Assembly: GCA_046290465.1 (NCBI GenBank)
Contig: JBKAGP010000001.1
Location: 6,496,001-6,560,000 of the forward strand
Origin: Planctomycetota bacterium
GTDB taxonomy: Bacteria > Planctomycetota > UBA1135 > UBA2386
Direction of reading: 5' to 3'
Length of the DNA: 64,000 nt
Part shown: positions 49,298 to 59,572 of the stretch, one piece after another
How the letters are laid out: every line of letters starts with the position of its first letter
How positions within the stretch are numbered: the stretch's first letter is position 1
Translations under genes and position numbers: made by a program
The notes under the pieces: model-generated
Database searches by the model: none
The model's input: the letters and a program-made list of their open reading frames with translations, nothing else
Told to the model about the DNA's origin: nothing

Positions 49298-50443
49298 ATG
49301 AAGAACCCTGCCGCACTCGTCCTGCTCACGATGCTCTGTGCCTGCGGAGGCTCGACCGAGGTCGAGTTCGGTCCGCCGCGCGATGTGCCCAAGGACAAGC
49401 GGCCGATGGTCTGGGATGCGGCGATGCGCGACCGCCTCGGCGTGCCGTCGATGTCGGCTCCCGGCGGTGGCCAGCAGGGTGGCTCGCAGGCTGGCCAGCA
49501 GGCAGGCCAGCAGGCTGGCTCGCAGGCTGGCACTGCACTGGTCGCCAACACGCCCGCCGGCTGGGAGGAACTGCCCGCCAACCCGCAGCGGTTCCGCAAC
49601 GCGGTCTGGCGGGTCGCCGGGCAGACCGACACCGACTGCTACCTGACCATCGGCGTCGGCGGCGGCGTCGCGTTCAACCTGCAGCGCTGGTACGTGCAGC
49701 AGTTCGGCAAGCAGCAGGTGCCGGCGGTCGAGCAGCTGCCGGAGATCGACTTCTGCAACCGCAAGGGCAGGCTGGTCGAGCTCGAAGGCGCCATGGGCCA
49801 GAAGCAGGACTGGGCGGCGCTGATCGCGTTCTTCCACGAAGGCAGCCAGGTCACGTCGCTGAAGTTCACCGGTCCGAAGGCGGTCGTGGCGGCCGAACGG
49901 GACGCGTTCCTGGGCCTGGCGAAGTCGATCCGCCTCGGCAGCGGCGGCGGCGCGCGCCAGGCGCCGCCGATCGACCCGAACCAGCCGATGCCGGACGGCC
50001 ACGTGCCGATCGACCAGCAGCCCGGTGCCAAGGCGCCGTTCACGGCGGTGACGCCCGAGGGCTGGGTGGCCAAGCAGAACTCGCGCCGCGTGCTGCACCA
50101 CACCTTCGGTCGCAACAGCGAACTCTACGTCAGCCAGCTCGGCGGCACGCTGCGGCAGACGCTCGACATCTGGCGGTTCGAACTGCAGCTCGATGCGATG
50201 AGCGAGCAGGAGTATGCCGCGCTGCCGAAGACGATGTTCCTCGGCGACGACGCGGTGCTGATGGACCTGACCGGCAATTGGCGCGGCATGACCGGCGCGC
50301 AGATCGAGGATGCCCGGGTGCTGGTGGCGGCGCGCGTCGACGGCAACACGATCACGTTCTGCAAGCTGGTCGGCCCGAAGGACGAGGTCGACGCCCAGCG
50401 CGACGCGTTCGTGCGGTTCTGCGGCACGGTGAGGAAGCAATGA
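49298..50443 (+). CDS. Lipoprotein with internally duplicated domain, first gene of the cyt c maturation operon
   Basis: Lipobox LCAC. Two repeats (TPxGW...GG...xW...KxxGPK..V.A.RDAF), with linker MPDGHVPI. Confidence 0.75.
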   Translation: MKNPAALVLLTMLCACGGSTEVEFGPPRDVPKDKRPMVWDAAMRDRLGVPSMSAPGGGQQGGSQAGQQAGQQAGSQAGTALVANTPAGWEELPANPQRFRNAVWRVAGQTDTDCYLTIGVGGGVAFNLQRWYVQQFGKQQVPAVEQLPEIDFCNRKGRLVELEGAMGQKQDWAALIAFFHEGSQVTSLKFTGPKAVVAAERDAFLGLAKSIRLGSGGGARQAPPIDPNQPMPDGHVPIDQQPGAKAPFTAVTPEGWVAKQNSRRVLHHTFGRNSELYVSQLGGTLRQTLDIWRFELQLDAMSEQEYAALPKTMFLGDDAVLMDLTGNWRGMTGAQIEDARVLVAARVDGNTITFCKLVGPKDEVDAQRDAFVRFCGTVRKQ

Positions 50444-51885
50444 GCGACGTCGACACCCGGAATACAGGCGGCCAGGAAGCAGGCAGCCAGAAGGCAGGAA
50501 GCCAGAACGCAGGCAGCCCGAACGCAGGCAGTCAGAACGCCGATGGCCAGCACCAGGGCAGCGCGTCCGCTTCGACCCGGAGCAAGCCGAAGTCGCCGGT
50601 CGGACCCGGCCGGTGGCTGCTGCAGGCGCTCGGCTCGATGAGGCTCGCGGTCGTGCTGCTGGTGCTGCTCGGCCTGCTGACCTGGCTCGGCACGCTGGCG
50701 CAGATCGAGGACGGCCTGTGGAAGGCGCAGAAGAAGTACTTCGAGTCGTGGTTCCTGATCGCGGACCTCGAGCTCGGCTGGTGGGGCAAGCCGTTGTTCG
50801 GCGGCGACTCCGGCAAGGGCCTGGTGCTGCGCATCCCGCTGCCGGGCGCCTACCCGGTGATGGCGCTGCTGTTCGTCAACCTGCTGGTCGGCGGCCTGAT
50901 GCGGCTCAAGTGGAGCATGCGCAACCTCGGCGTGCTGATCGTGCACGTAGGCATCGCGCTGCTGCTGGTCGCGGGCTTCGTCAAGATGGAGCTGTCCTAC
51001 GCCGGTGGCCTGGCGCTCTACGAGCAGCCGCCCGACGGCGCCGGCGTCAGCTCGAGGCTCTACGAGTCGTCGACGTTCGTCAGCTTCCACGACTACGAAC
51101 TCGCGCTGCTGAAGGACAACGGCGACTCGATCGAGGAGCGCGTCGTCGCCGAGGAGGACCTGCTCGCGGCGAAGAACGGTCGCGTCACGCTGCGCGCGGA
51201 CGACCTGCCGTTCGTGGTGCAGGTGCACCACTGGATGGAGCGCTGTGATCCGCTGCCGAAGGGGCCGATGGTCAAGACGCTCGCGCCGGTCCTCGAGGAC
51301 GCCCAGGGCGGCGTGTTCCTGCGCGAGCAGAAGCCGCTGCCCGAGCGCGGCCAGAACATCGCCGGCTGCTACGTCGACGTGATCGCCAAGGACGGCACCC
51401 GCCACAAGGGCATCGTCTACGGCGCCGAGTTGCGGCCGTTCGAGAAGCGCCGCTTCCCGTTCACGTTCGAGGTCGACGGCCAGCGCTGGGGCCTCGACCT
51501 GCGGCGCGTCGTCTACGACCTGCCGTTCCACGTGCGCCTGAAGAGCTTCGTCAAGAAGGACCACCCGGGCACGCTGACCGCCGCCGACTACCGCAGCTTC
51601 GTGACGATCCCCGAAGAGGGCGATCGCGAGGTGCAGATCTACATGAACACCCCGCTCCGCAAGGACGGCTTCGTGATGTACCAGACGAGCTGGGGGCCGC
51701 AGATCAACGGCCGGCCCAACGGCGGCCCGCCGTGGTTCTCGGTGTTCGAGATCGCCGAGAACCCGTCCGACAAGTGGCCCGAGTACTCGTGCTGGGTGAT
51801 CGCGCTGGGGCTGCTGCTGCACTTCTCGATGAAGCTCGGCAAGTTCCTCGGATCGTCGACCCGCCGCACCCTGGTGGAAGGATGA
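50440..51885 (+). CDS. Cytochrome c biogenesis system II ResB/CcsB-like protein
   Basis: LGSMRLAVVLL...GTL, VHVG, LPFHVRLKSF...HPGT, IYMNTPL..DG...YQTS. Confidence 0.85.
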   Translation: MSDVDTRNTGGQEAGSQKAGSQNAGSPNAGSQNADGQHQGSASASTRSKPKSPVGPGRWLLQALGSMRLAVVLLVLLGLLTWLGTLAQIEDGLWKAQKKYFESWFLIADLELGWWGKPLFGGDSGKGLVLRIPLPGAYPVMALLFVNLLVGGLMRLKWSMRNLGVLIVHVGIALLLVAGFVKMELSYAGGLALYEQPPDGAGVSSRLYESSTFVSFHDYELALLKDNGDSIEERVVAEEDLLAAKNGRVTLRADDLPFVVQVHHWMERCDPLPKGPMVKTLAPVLEDAQGGVFLREQKPLPERGQNIAGCYVDVIAKDGTRHKGIVYGAELRPFEKRRFPFTFEVDGQRWGLDLRRVVYDLPFHVRLKSFVKKDHPGTLTAADYRSFVTIPEEGDREVQIYMNTPLRKDGFVMYQTSWGPQINGRPNGGPPWFSVFEIAENPSDKWPEYSCWVIALGLLLHFSMKLGKFLGSSTRRTLVEG

Positions 51886-53897
51886 GCAAGCAGATGATCA
51901 TGTGCACGACGCGTCGGTTGTCGTTCGGGCTGCTCGGCCTGTTCGCGTTCCTGGCTTCCTGCAGCCGGCCGGTGCCGGAACTCGACGGCCCGCCCGAGCG
52001 CACCATGCCGTGGAGCGACGACGTGGTCGAGCAGGTCGCCTCGGCCCCGGTGCAGTCCGAAGGTCGCGTCAAGCCGCTGTCGGTGCTGGCCGCGTTCACG
52101 CTCTACGACGTGCACGGCCGTCGGGACCTCAAGTACGGCTATACGACCGCGGAAGGCACGCTGCAAAAGGTCACGCTGGAGCCGACCGAATGGCTGCTCG
52201 ACGTCTGGTGCTACCCGCGCCAGGCCGCCCGCTACCCGCTGTTCCGGATCGAGAACGTCGCGGTCATGGACGCGCTCGGCTTCGCCAACGACGGCCAGCG
52301 GCAGGACTTCGAGTACCTGAGCTACGCGCAGGTCTACGAGGTCGTCGACACGCTGCAGGAGCTGGCCAAGAAGTACGGCGCCGTCGAGCAGCGCAACCGC
52401 AACGCGGTCCAGGAGCACATCCTGCAGCTGTGGGGCGACTTCCTGAAGTACGACCGGCTGCAGCGCCAGCTCGGCGCGCTGCACTACTCGATCCCGCTCC
52501 AGGAGCCGGAGCTGCAGCAGGTCTTCGGCGGCGAGCGCGCCGACGTCGGCGCGATCGCGCGGCACGCGGCGGGCTTCCGGAAGCTGCTGGCGGCGCAGGA
52601 TCCGCAGATGACCAGCGCGCCCAAGGGGCTGCTCGACGTCGCCGAGTTCGTCGGCAAGGCGATCACCAACGACGACGACGGCGCCGGCCTGATCGCGCCG
52701 CTCGACGGCGACGAGAAGACCTGGATGACGCTCGGCAGCAGCCTCGAGAAGGTCATCAAGGGGGCCGGTGGTCCGGTCGTCGAGGTGCTGGCCAACCTGC
52801 AGCGTGCGGTCACCGCCGAGGCGCTGGCCAACAAGGAGGAGGCGCTGGTCGCCTACCGCGATGCCGCGGTCTCCGCCGCTGCGCCCAACGAGCTGTACGA
52901 TCACGACAAGGTCGAGCTCGAGACCTACTACTACCGCGCGTCGTGGCACTACCAGTCGATCCACTGGTTCCTGTTCGCGTTCGTGCTGGCGGCGGTGTCG
53001 TGGCTGATGCCGCGCAACAGGTGGGTGTGGGGTGCCAGCCTCGGCGTGACCGCGCTGGCGCTCGGCATGCTCGGCTTCGACGTGCTGCTGCGCTGCCTGA
53101 TCACCGAGCGGCCGCCGATCAAGAACCTCTACGACACGTTCCTGTTCATCGCGGCGGTCGGCGTCGCGCTGGCGATCGTCGTCGAGATCGTGCTGCCGCG
53201 ACGGATCGCGCTGGCGGCCGCACCGTTCCTCGGCGCGCTGCTGGTGATGTTCGCGCGCATGTTCGAGGTCGCCGACGGCTCGGACACGATGAACCCGCTG
53301 GTCGCCGTGCTCGACAGCAACTTCTGGCTGGCGACGCACGTCACGACGATCAACATCGGCTACGCCGCCGGCATCGTCGCCGCGGTGCTGGCCAACATCT
53401 GGATCGCGATGCGCGTGCTGCGCATCAGCCACCCGGCGGATCCGCCGGCCAAGGCGCTGGTGCGGATGATCTACGGCGTGACCTGCTTCGGCCTGGCCTT
53501 CGCCGTGGTCGGCACGATCCTCGGCGGCGTCTGGGCCAACGACTCGTGGGGCCGCTTCTGGGGCTGGGACCCGAAGGAGAACGGCGCGCTGATGATCTGC
53601 CTGGCGCAGATCGCGCTGCTGCACGCGCGCTTCAGCGGCTGGGTGCGCGACTTCGGCTTCGTCGTCTGGTCGGCGATCACCGGCGCCGTGGTGGTGTTCT
53701 CGTGGTTCCACGTCAACCTGCTCGGCATCGGCCTGCACAGCTACGGCTTCTCGTCGGGCCTGCGCGACGCGGTCTGGACCAGCTACCTGGTCCAGATCGG
53801 CTTTGTTGCGGTCGGTGCCGTCGACGTGCTGCTGCGCCCCAACCCGGCGCGCAGCAAGGTTGGCGACCACGAGCCCCCGGCCGTGCCGGTCACCTGA
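51882..53897 (+). CDS. ccsA: Cytochrome c biogenesis system II CcsA/ResC
   Basis: WLATHV, WANDSWGRFWGWDPKE, GLHSYG. Confidence 0.93.
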   Translation: MSKQMIMCTTRRLSFGLLGLFAFLASCSRPVPELDGPPERTMPWSDDVVEQVASAPVQSEGRVKPLSVLAAFTLYDVHGRRDLKYGYTTAEGTLQKVTLEPTEWLLDVWCYPRQAARYPLFRIENVAVMDALGFANDGQRQDFEYLSYAQVYEVVDTLQELAKKYGAVEQRNRNAVQEHILQLWGDFLKYDRLQRQLGALHYSIPLQEPELQQVFGGERADVGAIARHAAGFRKLLAAQDPQMTSAPKGLLDVAEFVGKAITNDDDGAGLIAPLDGDEKTWMTLGSSLEKVIKGAGGPVVEVLANLQRAVTAEALANKEEALVAYRDAAVSAAAPNELYDHDKVELETYYYRASWHYQSIHWFLFAFVLAAVSWLMPRNRWVWGASLGVTALALGMLGFDVLLRCLITERPPIKNLYDTFLFIAAVGVALAIVVEIVLPRRIALAAAPFLGALLVMFARMFEVADGSDTMNPLVAVLDSNFWLATHVTTINIGYAAGIVAAVLANIWIAMRVLRISHPADPPAKALVRMIYGVTCFGLAFAVVGTILGGVWANDSWGRFWGWDPKENGALMICLAQIALLHARFSGWVRDFGFVVWSAITGAVVVFSWFHVNLLGIGLHSYGFSSGLRDAVWTSYLVQIGFVAVGAVDVLLRPNPARSKVGDHEPPAVPVT

Positions 53898-53926
53898 GCC
53901 GCGGCGGCCGCATCGCCGGAGCGCGC

Positions 53927-53970
53927 CGGCTCCGTCATGTGGCGGCTCCGTGATGTGGCGGCTCCGTGAT
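53927..53970 (+). repeat. 16-bp tandem repeat (~2.7 copies) between convergent genes
   Basis: CGGCTCCGT(C/G)ATGTGG. Confidence 0.8.
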
Positions 53971-53978
53971 CGCAGGGA

Positions 53979-55499
53979 TCAGGGCCGCGCGACCGACCCG
54001 CCGTCCTTGCGGGTCGGGAACTGCGCGTCGCAGATCGCGAGGTGTTCGCGCAGCAGCGCGCGCAGACGGACGACGTCGTCGGGGCGCTCGCTGCTGAGAT
54101 CCCGGCTCTCGCCGACGTCGGCGACCACGTCGTAGAGCTCGGCCCGGCCCGCGTCGTAGAACCAGATCAGCTTCAGGTCGCGGTGGCGGACCGCGCTGTA
54201 GGGCTCGATGCCCGGGCCGGTCACGCCCCAGTAGTGCGGGCTGTGGAAGAACAGCGGGTGGGGGATCTGCGGCTTGCCTTCGAGCGCCCGCGCGAAGCTG
54301 CGGCCATCGGGGCAGCTCGGGTCGACGTCGACCAGGTCGCACAGCGTCGGCATCACGTCCTCGAGCTGCACCGGCAGCGCCTCGACGGCGTCGGCGGCCA
54401 CGTGGCCGGGCCAGCGCACCGCCATCGGCACGCGCACACCGCCTTCGTAGGCCGAGCCCTTGCCGCTCTGCAGCGGTGCGTTGTGGGTGTGCTTGTCGCC
54501 GCCGCGCGCGTGCGCGCTGAGGCCGCCGTTGTCGCTGGTGAACATCACGATCGTGTCGTCGCCGAGACCGGTCTCGTCGAGCCATGCGAGCACCCGGCCG
54601 AGCGAGTGGTCGACGCCGCGCACCAGCGCCGCGTAGCGGGCCTCGGGTTCGGACAGGCCGCGTTCGCGGTAGCTGCCGACGAACCGTTCGTCGGGGTTCA
54701 GCGGCGTGTGCACCGCGTAGTGCGACAGGTACAGGAAGAACGGCTCGCCGTTGGCCTGCGCCGCCGACGCCGCCTGGATCGCCTCGTCGGTCAGCACGTC
54801 GGTCAGGAACCGGTCGCTGCCGTGGTAGAACTCGAGCCCGGGCACCTGCCAGGTCTTGTCGTTCGGGTTGCGCAGGAAGCCGCGGCTCGCGAGGTAGCTC
54901 GACGGCGCGCCGGCGGCATGGCCGGCGACGTTGACGTCGAAGCCGAGGTTGGTCGGGTCCGCGCCCGGGGTGCCGATCGCGCCGAAGTGCGCCTTGCCGA
55001 CCAGGATCGTCCGGTAGCCGGCGTCGCCGAGTCGCTGCGCCAGCGTCTCGGCGCAGTACGCCTCGGGCGTCTGCTCGCGATCGCTCAGGCCGCTGCGGTT
55101 CCACGCCGGCCGCAGCAGGTCCTTGCGCTGCGGGTCGGTGTAGTCGCCGTCGGCGCGCAGCGTCCAGTGGCTGACGCGGTGCCGCGCGACCGCCGCGCCC
55201 GTCATCAGGCTGACGCGCGACGGCGTGCAGACCTGGTGCGCGTAGGCGTTGGGGAACTTGGTGCCCTCGCGGCACAGCCGCTCGACGTTGGGCGTCTCGT
55301 AGCGATCGTTCCACCGCGTGCGCTCGCGCCAGAACGGCTCGCTGACGTCCTGCCAACCGAGGTCGTCGACGAAGAACAGCACGATGTTCGGTCGCGGCTT
55401 CGGTTCGGGGGCCGGCTGCGGCCGCCGCAGCGGCGGCAGCTCGCAGGCCGCGACCAGCAGCGAGCAGGCGCCGAGGCCGAGCAGCGTGCGGCGGCGCAC
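53979..55499 (-). CDS. Cys-type sulfatase (lipoprotein)
   Basis: PNIVLFFVDDLG, CTPSR, GKAH, HYAVHTP, SDNG, YEGGVRVP. Confidence 0.95.
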   Translation of the reverse strand: MRRRTLLGLGACSLLVAACELPPLRRPQPAPEPKPRPNIVLFFVDDLGWQDVSEPFWRERTRWNDRYETPNVERLCREGTKFPNAYAHQVCTPSRVSLMTGAAVARHRVSHWTLRADGDYTDPQRKDLLRPAWNRSGLSDREQTPEAYCAETLAQRLGDAGYRTILVGKAHFGAIGTPGADPTNLGFDVNVAGHAAGAPSSYLASRGFLRNPNDKTWQVPGLEFYHGSDRFLTDVLTDEAIQAASAAQANGEPFFLYLSHYAVHTPLNPDERFVGSYRERGLSEPEARYAALVRGVDHSLGRVLAWLDETGLGDDTIVMFTSDNGGLSAHARGGDKHTHNAPLQSGKGSAYEGGVRVPMAVRWPGHVAADAVEALPVQLEDVMPTLCDLVDVDPSCPDGRSFARALEGKPQIPHPLFFHSPHYWGVTGPGIEPYSAVRHRDLKLIWFYDAGRAELYDVVADVGESRDLSSERPDDVVRLRALLREHLAICDAQFPTRKDGGSVARP

Positions 55500-55500
55500 G

Positions 55501-56343
55501 CTAGACCTCCGCGCCGGCGGCGCGCAGCGTGTTGCGCAGCAGCATCGCGACCGTGACCGGGCCGACGCCGCCCGGCACCGGCGTCAGGAAGCCGGCGACC
55601 TCGTTGGCCGACGCGAAGTCGACGTCGCCGACGATCTTGCCGTCCGGTCCCTGGTTGATGCCGACGTCGATGACGCACGAACCGGGCTTCAGCATGTCGC
55701 CGTGCACCAGGCCCGGCTTGCCGACCGCGACCACGACGATGTCGGCGCGGCGGGTGTGTTCGACCAGGTTGCGGGTGCCGATGTGGCACACGGTCACCGT
55801 CGACAGATGGTGCAACAGCAGCACGGCGATGGGCTTGCCGACGATCTCGCTGTGGCCGACGACGACCGTCTCGGCGCCGCGCAGGTCCATGCCGGTCTCG
55901 ACGATCAGCTGCTGGGCCGCCGCCGCGGTGCACGGCGGCAGCAGCGGCTCCTTGTAGAGGATCGTGCCCATGTTGGTCGGGTGCATGCCCTCGACGTCCT
56001 TGTCCGGCGCGATCGCCATCTGCACGTGGCGGCCGTCGATGCCCGGTGGCAGCGGCCGCTGCACCAGCATGCCGGAGACGTCGTCGCGGGCGTTGAGATC
56101 CTCGATCCGCTGCAGCAGCTGGGCCTCGTCGGTCTCGATCGGCAGGTTCACGACCTCCATGTCGATGCCGACTTCTGCAGCAGCGCGCCGCTGGTTGCGG
56201 ACATGTACAGCAGCCGCCGGGTTCTGGCCGACCTCGAGCGAGATCAGCCGCACCGGGCGATCGCCGAGGGTGTCGCGGGCCTCGCGCAGGCGTTCGCGCA
56301 TGCGCTTGGCGACGTTTCGTCCGTCGAGGAGTTGGGCGGGCAC
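55501..56343 (-). CDS. folD: Methylene-THF dehydrogenase/cyclohydrolase family
   Basis: KDVEGMHP, PCT, GHSEIVGKP, IDVGIN, TPVPGGVGPVT. Confidence 0.95.
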   Translation of the reverse strand: MPAQLLDGRNVAKRMRERLREARDTLGDRPVRLISLEVGQNPAAAVHVRNQRRAAAEVGIDMEVVNLPIETDEAQLLQRIEDLNARDDVSGMLVQRPLPPGIDGRHVQMAIAPDKDVEGMHPTNMGTILYKEPLLPPCTAAAAQQLIVETGMDLRGAETVVVGHSEIVGKPIAVLLLHHLSTVTVCHIGTRNLVEHTRRADIVVVAVGKPGLVHGDMLKPGSCVIDVGINQGPDGKIVGDVDFASANEVAGFLTPVPGGVGPVTVAMLLRNTLRAAGAEV

Positions 56344-56413
56344 TGGCTACGTCTCCGGTTGGGGTCTTGCCGAAAAGACTACCGGAGGTGCAGCCCGCAC
56401 CCAACGGTGAGAC

Positions 56414-57265
56414 ATGAGCTACGACGGCCCCCGATTCCCCAGCCCGACCCCCGCGATCCGGCACCTGCTGATCGCCAACGCGATCGTGTTCGCGGCCAAC
56501 GCGATCCTGCTCGGCCGGCTGAGCTCGCACGTCGAAGGCGGCGGCGGCCACTGGTTGGCGTTCTCGTGGGGGCTCGCGCTCGATGGCTACGGCCTCGGTG
56601 TGCTGCGCCTGGTCAGCTACCAGTTCACGCACAGCTTCGCCGACCCGTGGCACTTCCTCGGCAACATGATGGTGCTGTTCTTCATGGGCACGATCGCCGA
56701 GCCGCGCCTGGGCTACCGCGGCACGCTCAAGCTGTACCTGATCGGCGGTGCCGCAGGCGCGCTGCTGCACCTCGCGCTGGCATCGGTCCAGGGCTACGCC
56801 GACGTGCCGTTGGTCGGCGCCAGCGGCGCCTGCTACGCGTTCCTCGTCTACGCCGCCTGCCGGATGCCGAACGCGCTGGTGTTCAACCTGTTCCCGCTGT
56901 GGATCCTGGCGGCCGTGCTGGTGTTCATCGGCGCCTGTGCGACGTTCGTCGAGTTCGCGACCGGCTACGGCTCCGGCGTCTCGCACAGCGCCCACCTCGG
57001 CGGTGCCGCGATCGGCTTCCTGGCGTTCCGCAAGAACCTGTTCGTCGACTGGGCAGACCACGCCGGCGGCCAACGGCGAGGGCTGCTGGCCGGCATGCTC
57101 GACAACCTGCGGCGACGGCAGGACCGCGCCCGCGCCGACGCCGCCCAGCAGCAGGAGCACCGGCTCGACGACATCCTCGCCAAGGTCAAGCAGGACGGCA
57201 TCGGGTCGCTGAGCAGCCACGAACGACGCTTCCTCGACAAGGTCAGCAAGCAGAAGCAGGACTGA
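56414..57265 (+). CDS. Rhomboid intramembrane serine protease
   Basis: FTH, HFLGNM, GASG, HSAHLGG; C-terminal LDDILAKV...SLS..E..FL. Confidence 0.92.
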   Translation: MSYDGPRFPSPTPAIRHLLIANAIVFAANAILLGRLSSHVEGGGGHWLAFSWGLALDGYGLGVLRLVSYQFTHSFADPWHFLGNMMVLFFMGTIAEPRLGYRGTLKLYLIGGAAGALLHLALASVQGYADVPLVGASGACYAFLVYAACRMPNALVFNLFPLWILAAVLVFIGACATFVEFATGYGSGVSHSAHLGGAAIGFLAFRKNLFVDWADHAGGQRRGLLAGMLDNLRRRQDRARADAAQQQEHRLDDILAKVKQDGIGSLSSHERRFLDKVSKQKQD

Positions 57266-57419
57266 ACGCCGCCGCGGGCCGTTGTTGCTTCGTCGGCGTA
57301 ACGATTGCGGCGAGCAGCGCCGGCAAATGTCCGGATCGCCGCGGCCGGGCACCGTTCGGGTGGTGCACTGGGACGTCTCGGCTCGGTAGGATGGGGGCGT
57401 AACCCCTCTCCCGACTGAG

Positions 57420-59537
57420 ATGCGCAACCTCACGATCCTCGTTGTCTCCGTTCTGTTCGTGCTGACATCCGCGCTGCGTGCGCAGGAGATGTCCGAGGCG
57501 GACTTCCAAAAGGCCTGGAAACAGGGCGTCGACCTCGAGGACGAGAAGGTCATGGACCGCGCGGTCAAGCAGGGCTCGCGCCACGTCATCCAGCACTTCG
57601 AGAGCCTGGCGCTGCAGGCGCGCAGCGGCACCGATGCGGTGGCCGAGCGGCAGTGCGAGCTGCTGATGGCCTCCTGGAAGCGCAACTTCGAGAACACCGA
57701 CACCCTCGAGAAGGTGCAGCGCTGGGCCGACGGCGCGACCACGCAGCTCTACAACAAGCTGCAGCAGATCCGCACCACCTCGGGCCGCCTGTGGAACGAC
57801 TACACCTCCAAGGTCGCGACCGGCACGATCAAGAAGGACTACCAGTCGTGCATGGAGGACTACCAGAAGCTCGCGCGCGCGGCCGAGAGCATCGGCCACT
57901 ACTACGAGGCGAGCGAGCTGTGGGGCCTGGCCAGCGTCGTCGGCAGCAAGATGCCGGAGAAGACCCTCGAGGACCGGGAGGCGGTGGTGTTCGCGATCGA
58001 GCAGCAGCTGCTCAACCGCGACAACTGGGGCTACACGTTCGACACCCACTACGCGCGCAACAAGGGCTTCGTCGAGTCGGAGATCGAGGCGATCAAGGAG
58101 GCCCGCAAGAAGGCCGACAAGCGCAAGGACGAGGGCTACGACGCCAACGCCAAGGGCATCGATGCGCTGGTCATGCCCAACGCGCCGGCGAAGAAGTACG
58201 AGCTGAAGTTCGCGCCGCTGAAGGACTGGTCGAAGGACCTCGACTACGGCCCGCGCGGCGGACCGGTGCCGGCGTTCTGGTGGCTGGACTCGCTGCGGGA
58301 GAACGGCTCGAGCCAGCAGATGGGCTGGTTCACGGCGCAGCCGATGTACCTGATCCGCCGCGGCACCAACAAGTTCGCGGTGCACTTCAAGCCGACCGAC
58401 GAGAAGGACGCGGTCGAGATCAGCGCCAACTCGCGCGCCAAGCCGAGCACGTTCTACCTCGACGCCGAGCAGAAGCGGCCGTACTCGATGTTCTTCTGGG
58501 TCGGCACCGACCAGGAGGCGACCGGCATCACCAAGCTCAACTACGCGCCGACGTCGAAGTTCGTCAACGTCTACTACCGCAGCGCGTCGAGCTGGAAGAC
58601 CACGATCGAGAAGGAGTCGATCACCTACTACGACGACGACGCGTCGGGCACGCCCGGCAACGGCGAGCCGTTCAAGGGTGAGCTGAAGTCGCACCTGGTC
58701 GGGGACCCCAACGGCGACGGCGTGCTGGTGCCGCTGTTCGACTCGATGGAGGTCGGCAAGGGCGACCGGGTGCCGTACTCGAAGTTCCTCAAGCTGGCCG
58801 ACGGCTGGCACTACCAGGAGATCGCCACCGGCTTCGACGTGTCGGTGCGCAAGCTCAACCCGGAGTACGTCAAGTCGGGCAACGTCAAGCTGTCGTGGAA
58901 GGGCTCGAAGTCGGCCAGGCCCGACCAGATCGTGATCCAGGGCAAGGGTGACTACGCCGGTGCGATCTTCGAGATCGCCGGCGGCAAGCCGGTCGAGGTG
59001 CCTGCCGGGGAATACCGCGTCATCTGGGGCCGCATCGTCAACGGCAAGGGCGCGCGCGTGCAGACCGCGCAGCTCTACCCGAGCGCCGACAGCGAGTCGT
59101 TCCTGGTCAAGGCCGGCGAGACCTTCACGCTCGAGATGGGCGAGCCGTTCGTGCTCGACTTCGAGCGCAAGGGCGACCAGACCGCGACGATCGACGCGCT
59201 GTCGATCTGCGTCAAGGAGAAGAGCGGCTGCCGGATCGTCGGCGTGCACGGCACGTCCTTGGACTGCGAGGTGCTGGCGTCGAAGACCGGCACGTCCAAG
59301 GGCGCCAAGTCGGTCGGCTCGTTCGTGCCGTTCACCAACGACCAGCTGATCGTCAAGGCGACCGAACAGTACCGCAACCTGGGCTTCCTGGTGGCGTGTT
59401 CGCCGATGCCCAAGGGCTACAAGGAGGGCGAACTGGTGCTCGAGATGAAGCTGCCCGAGGACGGCATGAAGCTCGGCCTGGCCGTCAAGAAGGGCAAGCA
59501 CAAGTTCTTCGGCAAGCTCGGTACGGTCTGGAAGTAG
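57420..59537 (+). CDS. Secreted hypothetical protein (helical N-half, beta-rich C-half)
   Basis: Signal peptide ALRA-Q, strong codon bias. Confidence 0.8.
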   Translation: MRNLTILVVSVLFVLTSALRAQEMSEADFQKAWKQGVDLEDEKVMDRAVKQGSRHVIQHFESLALQARSGTDAVAERQCELLMASWKRNFENTDTLEKVQRWADGATTQLYNKLQQIRTTSGRLWNDYTSKVATGTIKKDYQSCMEDYQKLARAAESIGHYYEASELWGLASVVGSKMPEKTLEDREAVVFAIEQQLLNRDNWGYTFDTHYARNKGFVESEIEAIKEARKKADKRKDEGYDANAKGIDALVMPNAPAKKYELKFAPLKDWSKDLDYGPRGGPVPAFWWLDSLRENGSSQQMGWFTAQPMYLIRRGTNKFAVHFKPTDEKDAVEISANSRAKPSTFYLDAEQKRPYSMFFWVGTDQEATGITKLNYAPTSKFVNVYYRSASSWKTTIEKESITYYDDDASGTPGNGEPFKGELKSHLVGDPNGDGVLVPLFDSMEVGKGDRVPYSKFLKLADGWHYQEIATGFDVSVRKLNPEYVKSGNVKLSWKGSKSARPDQIVIQGKGDYAGAIFEIAGGKPVEVPAGEYRVIWGRIVNGKGARVQTAQLYPSADSESFLVKAGETFTLEMGEPFVLDFERKGDQTATIDALSICVKEKSGCRIVGVHGTSLDCEVLASKTGTSKGAKSVGSFVPFTNDQLIVKATEQYRNLGFLVACSPMPKGYKEGELVLEMKLPEDGMKLGLAVKKGKHKFFGKLGTVWK

Positions 59538-59572
59538 CGTCCGCGGCCGCGGCGGCTACACTCCGCGGCGAC

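Noticed and set aside
50461..50560. 15-bp repeats at the start of the resB-like gene
   Set aside because: In-frame low-complexity AGSQ[KN] N-terminal extension with no evidence of separate function.
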